DNA of 59,601 nucleotides, the filler included. It is 6 parts of 6 records of this genome, joined end to end, with 100 filler letters (N's around TTAATTAATTAA, not from the genome) between each part and the next. Parts side by side here need not be neighbours in the genome. Positions count along the whole stretch, not along the records: positions 1 to 11,017 come from SRR2962707_580; 5 more parts are not named here. One strand, 5' to 3'. Positions 1-8,681 of the stretch are shown here, one piece after another. Each line of letters starts with the position of its first letter. Within the stretch, counting starts at the first letter, position 1. A program made the translations under genes and the position numbers. A model generated the notes under the pieces. That model was not told the origin of the DNA, did no database searches, and saw only the letters and a list, made by a program, of their open reading frames with translations.

Positions 1-534
1 CTGAGTGTAGGTAATGCCTTTCATGCCACCGAGTACCGCATAGACGAATACAACAACCGCTGCGATGATCAGACCGGTGGTGGCATCCACTTCCAGGAAG
101 CGGGAGAAGGCCACACCAGCGCCAGCCATCTGGCCGATAACGTAGGTTACCGAGGCAACGATCAGACAGATAACGGCTACCAGTCGCGCGTTTGCGCTGT
201 AGTATCGATCCCCGATGAACTCAGGAACCGTAAACTTACCGAACTTCCTCAGGTAAGGAGCCAGCAGCATGGCCAACAGGACGTAGCCACCGGTCCAGCC
301 CATAAGGAACGTGGAGTTGGCATAGCCACCGGCCGCGATCAGACCAGCCATGGAGATAAACGAAGCGGCAGACATCCAGTCAGCACCGATTGCGGCGCCG
401 TTGGTGATAGGATGCACACCACCGCCCGCAACGTAGAAATCGCTGGTACTGCCGGCCTTGGCCCAGACAGCGATGGCGATGTAGAGGAGGAACGAGCCCC
501 CTACGAACATAATGTTGATTGCAAATTGGCTCAT
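1..534 (-). CDS. Sodium:solute symporter (ActP-like / VC_2705-type), truncated at the window edge
   Basis: Not in the ORF track; translated by hand from ATG 534: MSQFAINIMFVGGSFLLYIAIAVWAKAGSTSDFYVAGGGVHPITNGAAIGADWMSAASFISMAG...LRKFGKFTVPEFIGDRYYS...GGMKGITYTQ. These are SSS-family signatures. Confidence 0.92.
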   Translation of the reverse strand, partial: MSQFAINIMFVGGSFLLYIAIAVWAKAGSTSDFYVAGGGVHPITNGAAIGADWMSAASFISMAGLIAAGGYANSTFLMGWTGGYVLLAMLLAPYLRKFGKFTVPEFIGDRYYSANARLVAVICLIVASVTYVIGQMAGAGVAFSRFLEVDATTGLIIAAVVVFVYAVLGGMKGITYTQ

Positions 535-540
535 TTGTCC

Positions 541-804
541 TTACTCCTCATGCACGCCGAATTTTTCGTCGATCTTGTTCATGCGCCATGCATAGTGAAA
601 GATCAGAACAATGAAGGTAAGGATGGAGCCTTGCTGGGCAAACCAGAAGCCCAGATCGGTGCCGCCTACGGGGATTCCCGCCAGCATCGGACGTAACAGA
701 ATAGCGAAGCCGTAAGATACCAGGGCCCAGATAATCAGGCTCCCGAATATCAGGCGTAGATTCGCCTTCCAGTAGTTTTCAGCGTCGTAGCTATGACCTG
801 ACAT
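541..804 (-). CDS. DUF4212-type small membrane protein (putative symporter small subunit)
   Basis: 87 aa with two hydrophobic segments and the GFWFAQQGS motif. It lies directly upstream of the symporter and has an AGGAG SD. Confidence 0.88.
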   Translation of the reverse strand: MSGHSYDAENYWKANLRLIFGSLIIWALVSYGFAILLRPMLAGIPVGGTDLGFWFAQQGSILTFIVLIFHYAWRMNKIDEKFGVHEE

Positions 805-819
805 ACAATCACTCCTGTA

Positions 820-880
820 TTGTTGTTGTGGAGATTGGGTGTTTTTTTGGTGAGGTGTTGCGGATAGAGAATTTATTATT
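820..880 (-). promoter_or_regulatory. AAnAAnAA (Hfq/Crc CA-type) motifs in the leader of the DUF4212-symporter operon
   Basis: The minus strand reads AACAACAA (827-820) just 5' of the SD, and AATAATAA (880-873). Confidence 0.45.
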
Positions 881-1014
881 CATGTAGTACTTCTCCGACT
901 TGTTGTCTCCTCCGACTTTACCGGTCAATGGATTTATGGATATTGGCAAATGGTCTAACTCTCAGTAACTTGCCTTGTATTTGGTCAAGGACATCGCCAG
1001 TAGATCCTGTTCCG

Positions 1015-1722
1015 CTAATAGCGGTGCATATGCTGTAAACGGCGTTGATAATGCAGCTTTTCACTGAGTTCTTTGAGAGTTTTGACGTCGTTTTTCCGGG
1101 CTTTATTGAGGGCTATCAGCGCCAGTTCTGCGGTAACCAGCGCGTCGGCTGCGGCGTGATGGCGTTCACTGATTTCCAGGCCAAATACATCCGCCCAGTC
1201 GTCCAGACCGCGCCCTTTGATCGTTGCTTTCGGGAAGAACGCCGGCATCAGCTCGGCAACATCCATCCAGACGTGGGGCAGGGTGTAGCCCAACTGGCTT
1301 TTCAGCGTCTTTTCGAGGAACTTCTGGTCGAAGGCGGAGTGGTAGGCAAGTATCGGGTCGCCGTTCATCCATTCCAGAAGATAGAGCAGTGCATCCTGGG
1401 TTTCGTAGCCCTGAGTCAGGGCTTCTGGGCCGATGCCATGGATCAGCACGGTTTCCCGAATGTCCAGTTCAGGGCGACGCAGTATCAGGTCAAACTGGTC
1501 ATTGAGGTGGATGACACCACCTTCGATGGCAACCGCTCCGATGGCAATCACTTCATCTTTGGACGCGTTCAGGCCTGTGGTCTCAAGGTCAAGGACAATC
1601 AGCCGGCTCCGGGACAAGGGCTGTTCGCCAACCGTTTTCGGGCTGGGCAGATTGGCGGCATCGTGATCGCCGACCGTTCCACCGCGCCTTCTGGCCAGCC
1701 ACTGTTTGATGTATTCCAGCAT
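1015..1722 (-). CDS. DEDDh 3'-5' exonuclease (DnaQ/epsilon-like)
   Basis: ExoI DLETTG, ExoII YHSAFD and ExoIII HHAAADA motifs. Confidence 0.92.
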   Translation of the reverse strand: MLEYIKQWLARRRGGTVGDHDAANLPSPKTVGEQPLSRSRLIVLDLETTGLNASKDEVIAIGAVAIEGGVIHLNDQFDLILRRPELDIRETVLIHGIGPEALTQGYETQDALLYLLEWMNGDPILAYHSAFDQKFLEKTLKSQLGYTLPHVWMDVAELMPAFFPKATIKGRGLDDWADVFGLEISERHHAAADALVTAELALIALNKARKNDVKTLKELSEKLHYQRRLQHMHRY

Positions 1723-1737
1723 GATCTGTGCGCGGGC

Positions 1738-3654
1738 CTATAGTTGATACGTAACTTCGAGTTTCTGCTGGAGCCGCTGGGCCTGGCGGAAAGACTCGCG
1801 AAGTATGCGCCGGTCCAGAGGATTCAGGTCGTCCGGATCAATGTAATTGGTCAGCTCCTCGCCCCGGTCGAGCATCTCCTGATGGGCACGCATACGGATG
1901 GCCTGAATCAGGCTGTAGGCTTCCTTCCAGGCGTTGGCGTCCTTGGCGTCAAAGATGTCTTTTCTGGCCAGGGCATCAATGCGCTCCAGGGTATTGGCGG
2001 CTTCCACCCCGTGGGCCAGTGCGAACACCCTTACGGATTCCACAAATGGCGCCAGGCCCTGACGTTTCAGATCCAGCGAGTGTTTCTTCTCGTCGTTCAG
2101 ATAGCGGAAGTTCCGGAACATGGTCAGGGGCGGTTTTCGCTGCAGCGCGTTGCCAGCGAGCATTTTCTGGAACAGGGCGTTCTTGCGGATGCGTTGGAGC
2201 ACCCTCTCCAGCAGACGATGGAGTGGCTCAGTGGGGCCGAAGACCGCTCTCATATCCAGGAATATCGACGAGTAGACCAGGTTCTGGGGGGTTGAGGCAT
2301 CAATAAAGCGGATAAACCAGTCGTCCCATTCCCGGTCACTCAGGCAGAGTTTGGGGTTGCTGGCCATAATGTTGCCTTTGCACAGGGTGAACCCGCACTC
2401 TGCCAGTTCGTCGTTGACCTTGCGGGCAAAGGGCAGCAGTTTCTCACGCACCTGGTCTTCGGTCATGCCCTCCGGTGTCTCGAACAGAATACCGTTGTCC
2501 TGGTCGGTCAGCAGGGTTTGCTCCTGGCGGCCCTCACTGCCAAAGGTAAGCCAGGTGAACGGAATGCCTGGGTCGTTCTTCTTGAGATTAAGTTCGAGTA
2601 CCCTGCGCACGGTGACATCGTTCAGGGTGGTAATGATCTTCACCACCTGGCCGGAATCCGCGCCGTGGGCCAGCATGGCGTCGACCAGCCTTGAGACATC
2701 GGAGCGCAGGCTGACCAGGGTGCGCAAGTGGGTGGCAGTGCCGATGGTTCGAGCCAGGTTGACCAGGTCTACCCGCTGAAGAGAGAACAGATCCCGCTCG
2801 GATACCACGCCAATCAGGCGGTCCTCTTCGTCGACCACACACAGATGGGCAAAGTGGTGTTCCGCCATCAGCATTGCCGCCTCAAAGGCGTCCGCTGTGG
2901 CGGGCAGGCGACAGGGATTGCCTGTCATCACCTGGCGAATGGGCGTGTCGAGGGGGCCTTTTTCCTCAGCGATCATGGTGCGCAGGTCGCGCAGCGTGAA
3001 AATGCCGGTGGGATGACGATTGTCATCGGTGATAATGATGCTGCCCACATTATTCTCGTGCATCCGGGCTACGGCCTTGCGAACCGGCAGATCCGGTGAG
3101 CACACAATCGGGTTGCGCAGCGCGTAGCGCTCCAGGGGGGTGTCGAGGCTGTTGCTGGAGCCAATGGAAGCCATGGCCTTGGACTGGATGCGCTGATTGA
3201 CCTGATCCAGCAGGCTGCTCACGCCCCGCAGGCAGAAATCGCGGAAGGATTCGCTTTCGGAAAACAGGGTGATGAAGGCGTTCTGTTCAATACCGAGGCA
3301 GAAGGTATCGCCGGAAGCCCTGTGTAGCGTTCGGGTCGGGCGCTCGCCAATCAGTGCCGCAAGCGGAAAGCACTCACCCTGGCTGATTTCAAAGGTGGTT
3401 TCTGCCCGGTCTTCTTTTTCATTGTGGCGCTCACCCCGGATACGTCCCTGCTTGACCACATAAAACCGTTTGACCACTCCATCGTCGGGCGAGAGCACTT
3501 CGTCGCCATCGGCGTAAAACCTCAGGGTCGCATGCTCGGCAAAATGGGCCAGATGGGTGTCGTCCATGCTGGAGAACGGGGCATGTTCCCTCAGGAATGA
3601 CATAATCGCTCGGGTGTTCTGAGGGCGGGTAGTGTCCTGATTTGCTGCGGCCAT
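1738..3654 (-). CDS. cNMP-binding + CBS pair + DUF294 (GlnD/GlnE-like) nucleotidyltransferase protein
   Basis: N-terminal cNMP-like domain (PFSSMD...FYVVKQG...GECF), two CBS repeats (GIFTLRDL, GVVSERDL), the pol-beta-type NTase motif GSEGRQEQTLLTDQDNG, and a helical C-terminal domain (DLKRQG). Confidence 0.93.
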   Translation of the reverse strand: MAAANQDTTRPQNTRAIMSFLREHAPFSSMDDTHLAHFAEHATLRFYADGDEVLSPDDGVVKRFYVVKQGRIRGERHNEKEDRAETTFEISQGECFPLAALIGERPTRTLHRASGDTFCLGIEQNAFITLFSESESFRDFCLRGVSSLLDQVNQRIQSKAMASIGSSNSLDTPLERYALRNPIVCSPDLPVRKAVARMHENNVGSIIITDDNRHPTGIFTLRDLRTMIAEEKGPLDTPIRQVMTGNPCRLPATADAFEAAMLMAEHHFAHLCVVDEEDRLIGVVSERDLFSLQRVDLVNLARTIGTATHLRTLVSLRSDVSRLVDAMLAHGADSGQVVKIITTLNDVTVRRVLELNLKKNDPGIPFTWLTFGSEGRQEQTLLTDQDNGILFETPEGMTEDQVREKLLPFARKVNDELAECGFTLCKGNIMASNPKLCLSDREWDDWFIRFIDASTPQNLVYSSIFLDMRAVFGPTEPLHRLLERVLQRIRKNALFQKMLAGNALQRKPPLTMFRNFRYLNDEKKHSLDLKRQGLAPFVESVRVFALAHGVEAANTLERIDALARKDIFDAKDANAWKEAYSLIQAIRMRAHQEMLDRGEELTNYIDPDDLNPLDRRILRESFRQAQRLQQKLEVTYQL

Positions 3655-3836
3655 ATCGCGATCCGTAAGCTTGGGAGCCAGGTTCAGGAGAGCTCCATCG
3701 TTATTATTCTCCGCTTGCAGTGTAGTTCAGCGGAACCCGGAGGGGCTCTACGATTTTCGTCGCAGAGCTTTTCTTTATGGTAGACCGGTGCGGTGATAGA
3801 GTTCTGATACTCGTCAAACCGGAATCAGTTAGTGTC

Positions 3837-4418
3837 ATGACCAGTAAAGATGAACGCCTTGCCTTCCTCGAAGAAATGAAGGATGTGCAGCGGATACGCA
3901 AACCCAATCGGGCCGAGGTATCGGTGCCCAAGGAGCTGACGCCCGGGCACCTTGAACGCCAGAGGGCGGCGGTTGAAAAACCGGTGCGAGACCTGAACCC
4001 GCTGACATCCGATATGGTAGAGCCGCTAACGGCACACGACATTCTCAGCTGGCAGCGCCCAGGCGTTCAGCACGGGGTTTTCCGCAAGCTGCGTCTTGGT
4101 CAGTACCCGATCGAGGCCCGGCTGGATCTGCATCGCATGACGGTGGAAGAAGCCCGGCGGGAAGTGTTCGGTTTTATCAACGACTGCGTACATTACGGTT
4201 TACGCTCGGTGATCATCCTGCACGGCAAGGGAGAACGCAATCCCGATGGCATCGCCCAGCTCAAGAGCTACCTGGCGAAGTGGTTGCCGGAGCTGGACAA
4301 CGTTCTGGCTTTCCATTCGGCAAAGAAACACCACGGTGGCACCGGCGCGGTTTACGTAATGGTCAGGAAAAACGATCGGGAAAAACAGCATAATCGGGAG
4401 ATCCATGGTTCCAGATAA
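3837..4418 (+). CDS. smrA: Smr-domain nuclease, SmrA-like
   Basis: ARLDLHRM...ILHGKG...HGGTGAVYV Smr motifs. ATG 3837 is preferred over 3777. Confidence 0.85.
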   Translation: MTSKDERLAFLEEMKDVQRIRKPNRAEVSVPKELTPGHLERQRAAVEKPVRDLNPLTSDMVEPLTAHDILSWQRPGVQHGVFRKLRLGQYPIEARLDLHRMTVEEARREVFGFINDCVHYGLRSVIILHGKGERNPDGIAQLKSYLAKWLPELDNVLAFHSAKKHHGGTGAVYVMVRKNDREKQHNREIHGSR

Positions 4419-4471
4419 GGAACCGTCTGGATCATTCGCTACGACGGAAACACGGATTCGGGAGAATTAAG

Positions 4472-4663
4472 ATGCGTTTGATTTTAGTGGCTTTGATTTC
4501 TGTACTGACATTGGCCGGCTGTAAAGACCGGGTAATCTGGAACGACAATGGCAAAGTGGAAAGTGCCACCCAGAACCGTGAAGTCTGGGATTCCAACGGC
4601 AAGCTGGAAACCGGTGAGCGCAAGATCTGGGTAAACAAGGATGGTGAAGACGTCGTCAAGTAA
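4472..4663 (+). CDS. Small lipoprotein of unknown function
   Basis: GGGAG SD, signal peptide ending in an LAGC lipobox, 63 aa. Confidence 0.8.
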   Translation: MRLILVALISVLTLAGCKDRVIWNDNGKVESATQNREVWDSNGKLETGERKIWVNKDGEDVVK

Positions 4664-4722
4664 AGGCGTGGCGGTAAAACGCGCCGAACCTGCCAAAACA
4701 ATAACATGATGAGGAGCACGGA

Positions 4723-5211
4723 ATGGCTTTCACGCTGACTGTGAACGGTCGCCAGCATTCGCTGGATGTCGAACCCGATACCCCGTTGTTATGGGTGCTT
4801 CGGGATGAACTTGGGCTGAAAGGGACCAAGTTTGGCTGCGGTGCAGGCCTCTGTGGCGCCTGCACTGTGCACCTGAACGGTCAGCCCGCCCGTTCCTGCT
4901 CTACGCCGGTGGAGATGGCTGAAGGTGCCGAAATCACCACCATCGAAGGCCTGTCCGCTGATGGCGAGTTGCATCCGTTACAGAAAGCCTGGGTGGAACA
5001 GGGGGTGCCCCAGTGTGGTTATTGCCAGTCTGGCCAGATCATGACGGCCGCGCACCTGCTGGCCAACAACCCCTCTCCGGATCGCGAACAGATCGTCACC
5101 GCCATGACCGGCAACCTGTGTCGCTGCGGCACCTATCCTCGCATTGTGGCTGCGGTTGAGTCCGTCGCCGGTGGTGTGTGGCAGCACCAGCCGGCCGGGG
5201 AGGATGCGTAA
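4723..5211 (+). CDS. (2Fe-2S)-binding small subunit, isoquinoline 1-oxidoreductase alpha-like
   Basis: [24 protein letters not shown] and NLCRCGTY motifs; GAGGAG SD. Confidence 0.93.
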   Translation: MAFTLTVNGRQHSLDVEPDTPLLWVLRDELGLKGTKFGCGAGLCGACTVHLNGQPARSCSTPVEMAEGAEITTIEGLSADGELHPLQKAWVEQGVPQCGYCQSGQIMTAAHLLANNPSPDREQIVTAMTGNLCRCGTYPRIVAAVESVAGGVWQHQPAGEDA

Positions 5212-5212
5212 T

Positions 5213-7411
5213 ATGGCGATGAATCGACGGGATTTCCTGAAGGTCAGCACCTCGGCTTCCGGTGGACTGCTATTGGCGCTGAATATGCCTGGTTGTGCCT
5301 CCGTGCAAACCGGCTATGAGCCTGAAACCGGGGAATGGAAACCGAACGCCTGGCTGGAACTCACCCGGGACAACGACATTATTTTCACCCTGGATCGGGT
5401 TGAGATGGGCCAGGGCACCTACACCGGCCTTACCACTTTGATAGCGGAGGAGCTGGATGTAGCGCCGGAGGCCATTCGCGTGGAATTTGCCCCGGTTGCT
5501 CCGGAGTACCGTAACCCGTTGTTCGGGCTCCAGCTTACCGGTGGCAGCACCAGTGTCGCCTCCAGTTGGCAGCCCCTGCGGGAGGCCGGAGCTTCGGCGC
5601 GACTGATGCTGGTGATGGCCGCCGCCCGGGTTTGGCGGGTCGAGCCGGGACAATGCAAAACGGAGGGCGGGTACGTACGCCACCCCAACGGCCTGGATTC
5701 CATGCCCTATGGCAAACTGGTGGAGTTGGCGGACAAAGAGGTGATTCGTGGTGATGTACCACTGAAACCCCGCTCCCAGTGGAAATACATCGGCCGACAG
5801 GCCGGAAGGCTGGATGCCGAGGCCAAGTCCACCGGCCAGGCGATGTACGGGATAGACGTAGAGCTGCCGGATATGGTCTATGCCGTTATGACCCGGAGCC
5901 CCCGCTATGGCGGACTGGCGGTCAGTTTCAACCGCGATCAGGTTCGGGCCATGCCGGGCGTGCTTGATGCCTTCATCACCGAGCGCGGTGTGGCCGTAGT
6001 GGCAGATCGCTACTGGCGAGCCCGCAAGGCTCAGGAAGCGCTGGCGGTTGAGTGGGATTTTTCCGAGGCCGTCGGGTTATCCAATCCGGACGTGTTCAAA
6101 CACTATCGTCAGGCCGCCGGTGACGATCCCGGCGAGGACGAACGGGTAGACGGTGACCCAGAGGCTGTTCTGGAGAAAGGGAGTACCCTGGTGGAGGCTG
6201 AATATGAGCAGCCGTACCTGGCCCACGCCACCATGGAACCAATGAATGCGACCGCCTGGTATCGGGACGGTGGCATGGAAGTCTGGGCGCCGACCCAGGC
6301 GCCGGATCTGGGCCGCATAGCCGCCGCGCGACACACCGATCTCTCTCCGGATGACGTGACTATCCACACTACCTTTCTTGGCGGTGGCTTCGGCCGCAGG
6401 TTGACCCAGGACTACATTGAGGAAGCAGCCCTGGTCGCCTACCGGGTGAAAGTGCCGGTCAAACTGATCTGGTCCCGGGAAGAAGACACCCGCCATGGCT
6501 TTTTCCGCCCGGCCATGTTGCATCGTATGGCGGCCAGTCTGGAGGATGGGCAGCTGACGGGCTGGGATCATCAGATTGTTGGCCCTCAGATACTTGACTG
6601 GTACGTCCGGAACGCTGCACCAGCCCAGTACCCCTGGGCACCAAAATTACTGTACGGCACATTGGGCCGGGTTGGCCTGATGGTTGAAGGTATCGCAACC
6701 CCGAAAGACATTTCGGCCATTGAGGGTGCTATTGGCTATCCCTACGCGGTACCCAATGTCCGGGTTCGGCATACCCATACTGACCCGGGCGTGCCAATTA
6801 CCTGGTGGCGCTCCGTGGGCTATTCCCACAATGGTTTCGCGGTTGAGACCTTTATGGATGAACTCGCCAACCAGGCCAACGAAGATCCAGTCAGTTTCCG
6901 GCTGAAACTGTTGGAGAATGAGCTCCGTCATCGGCGGGTTCTGGAGCGGGCTGCCGAGTTGGCGGGCTGGAACCAGCCGGTGCCAGAGGGCAGGGCGCGC
7001 GGAGTGGCCTTGTTCAAGAGCTTTGGTACCTATGTTGCCCAGGTGGTGGAAGCCAGTATTGAGCAGGGTGGAATTCGCGTTCATAAGGTCACGTGCAGCG
7101 TGGACTGTGGTCAGGTGGTGAACCCGCGAATTGTCGAGGATCAGATGACCGGCGGCATTGTCTTTGGCCTGACGGCGGCTCTGAACGGGGAAATTACCCT
7201 GGACGGCGGCGAGGTGCAGCAAAGTAACTTCCACGATTATCGTCTGCTGCATATGCATCAGGTACCGGAGATGGTGGTGGATATTGTCGACAGCGAAGAG
7301 CCGCCCACCGGCGTTGGGGAACCTGGCGTCCCGCCGGTGATTCCGGCCCTAGGCAACGCCTTGTTTGCGCTGACTGGTAAGCGCCAGCGCCGTCTGCCCC
7401 TTAAAGCCTGA
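5213..7411 (+). CDS. Molybdopterin-binding subunit (xanthine oxidase family, IorB-like) with Tat signal
   Basis: NRRDFLK twin-arginine motif; EMGQG, HATMEP, GGGFGRR and GVGEPG motifs. Confidence 0.92.
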   Translation: MAMNRRDFLKVSTSASGGLLLALNMPGCASVQTGYEPETGEWKPNAWLELTRDNDIIFTLDRVEMGQGTYTGLTTLIAEELDVAPEAIRVEFAPVAPEYRNPLFGLQLTGGSTSVASSWQPLREAGASARLMLVMAAARVWRVEPGQCKTEGGYVRHPNGLDSMPYGKLVELADKEVIRGDVPLKPRSQWKYIGRQAGRLDAEAKSTGQAMYGIDVELPDMVYAVMTRSPRYGGLAVSFNRDQVRAMPGVLDAFITERGVAVVADRYWRARKAQEALAVEWDFSEAVGLSNPDVFKHYRQAAGDDPGEDERVDGDPEAVLEKGSTLVEAEYEQPYLAHATMEPMNATAWYRDGGMEVWAPTQAPDLGRIAAARHTDLSPDDVTIHTTFLGGGFGRRLTQDYIEEAALVAYRVKVPVKLIWSREEDTRHGFFRPAMLHRMAASLEDGQLTGWDHQIVGPQILDWYVRNAAPAQYPWAPKLLYGTLGRVGLMVEGIATPKDISAIEGAIGYPYAVPNVRVRHTHTDPGVPITWWRSVGYSHNGFAVETFMDELANQANEDPVSFRLKLLENELRHRRVLERAAELAGWNQPVPEGRARGVALFKSFGTYVAQVVEASIEQGGIRVHKVTCSVDCGQVVNPRIVEDQMTGGIVFGLTAALNGEITLDGGEVQQSNFHDYRLLHMHQVPEMVVDIVDSEEPPTGVGEPGVPPVIPALGNALFALTGKRQRRLPLKA

Positions 7412-7421
7412 GCGGAATCGG

Positions 7422-7450
7422 TTTTACCCGGGCTGGGGTGGTTCTATAAT
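7422..7450 (+). promoter_or_regulatory. Sigma70-like promoter of mtnBDC
   Basis: Perfect TATAAT at 7445-7450, with a weak TTTTAC/TTTACC -35 element 16-17 nt upstream. Confidence 0.5.
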
Positions 7451-7494
7451 GGCGCCAGATTCGCGCCCGGGCAGGGCTCGTACCAACCCGGAGG

Positions 7495-8127
7495 ATGCCT
7501 GTGTTTGATGTAACCCGCTACGCCACCGCCGCCCAATCCATCGTCGAGGCCGGCCGCTTTCTTTACGACCGCGGCTGGTCGCCCGCCACCAGCAGTAATT
7601 ATTCGGCCCGTATCGATGGCGACCATGTGGCGATTACGGTATCGGGCCGGCACAAGGGCCAGTTGGGTGCAGGCGACGTCATGGTGGTGGATCTGCATGG
7701 CCAGGCGGTACAAAGCGATTGCCGCTCGTCGGCAGAAACCCTTCTGCACACGGTGATCTATCAGCTTTATCCCGAGGTTGGCGCCGTTCTGCATACCCAC
7801 TCGGTCAAGGCTACCGTGCTTAGCCGCCTGATCCCGGCGGGGCAGGCACTGGAGCTTGAAGGCTATGAGCTACAGAAAGCCTTCAATGGCGTGCAAACCC
7901 ATGAGGGTAAGCTGATTGTTCCCGTGTTCGACAACACCCAGGATATTCCGGCACTGGCTGAGGAAACCCGGGACTGGTTTGCGCGGCACCCGGAACAGCC
8001 TGGATACCTTATCCGCGGCCATGGTCTTTACACCTGGGGCCGCACCATGGCCGATTGCCTGCGCCATATTGAAGCGTTTGAATTTCTTTTTGAATGTGAA
8101 CTCGAAACCATGAGGGTACGCCGATGA
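7495..8127 (+). CDS. mtnB: Methylthioribulose-1-phosphate dehydratase
   Basis: GWSPATSSNYS, SAETLLH, LHTHS and GHGLYTWG motifs. The start could be GTG 7501. Confidence 0.93.
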   Translation: MPVFDVTRYATAAQSIVEAGRFLYDRGWSPATSSNYSARIDGDHVAITVSGRHKGQLGAGDVMVVDLHGQAVQSDCRSSAETLLHTVIYQLYPEVGAVLHTHSVKATVLSRLIPAGQALELEGYELQKAFNGVQTHEGKLIVPVFDNTQDIPALAEETRDWFARHPEQPGYLIRGHGLYTWGRTMADCLRHIEAFEFLFECELETMRVRR

Positions 8128-8681
8128 CCACCCTGAGCATTTTTCATCAGAACCAGCCCGAGCAGGCCCAGACGGTCGTAACAGACCCGGACACCATCCG
8201 GAATAAACTGAGTGCCCACGGTGTGCATTTCGATCGTTGGGCAACCCGCGATCTGCCGGCCGATGCCACTCAGGAGGAAATTCTTGAGGCCTATGCCGAC
8301 GAAGTGGCACGGCTCAAGCAGGATTGGGGGTTTCAGACCGCCGACGTGATCAGCCTGACCGCGGATCATCCCCAGAAAGACGCGTTCCGCCAGAAATTTC
8401 TGGATGAGCACACCCACAGCGAGGACGAAGTGCGCTTCTTCGTTCGTGGTCAGGGGTTGTTTTACCTGCACTTCGGTGACCAGGTATACGCGCTGCTGTG
8501 CGAAAAGAATGACCTGATCAGTGTGCCTGACGGCACCCGGCACTGGTTTGATATGGGGCCGGAGCCTGAATTCACCTGTATCCGGTTATTCAGCAACCCG
8601 GAAGGCTGGGTTGCGAGCTTTACCGGTGAGGATATCGCTTCCCGGCTGCCACGTTATGAGAGCCTGGCGGGAGGGGCCTGA
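8124..8681 (+). CDS. mtnD: Acireductone dioxygenase
   Basis: FLDEHTHSEDEVRFF and HWFDMG cupin motifs; ATGA overlap with mtnB. Confidence 0.94.
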   Translation: MTTLSIFHQNQPEQAQTVVTDPDTIRNKLSAHGVHFDRWATRDLPADATQEEILEAYADEVARLKQDWGFQTADVISLTADHPQKDAFRQKFLDEHTHSEDEVRFFVRGQGLFYLHFGDQVYALLCEKNDLISVPDGTRHWFDMGPEPEFTCIRLFSNPEGWVASFTGEDIASRLPRYESLAGGA

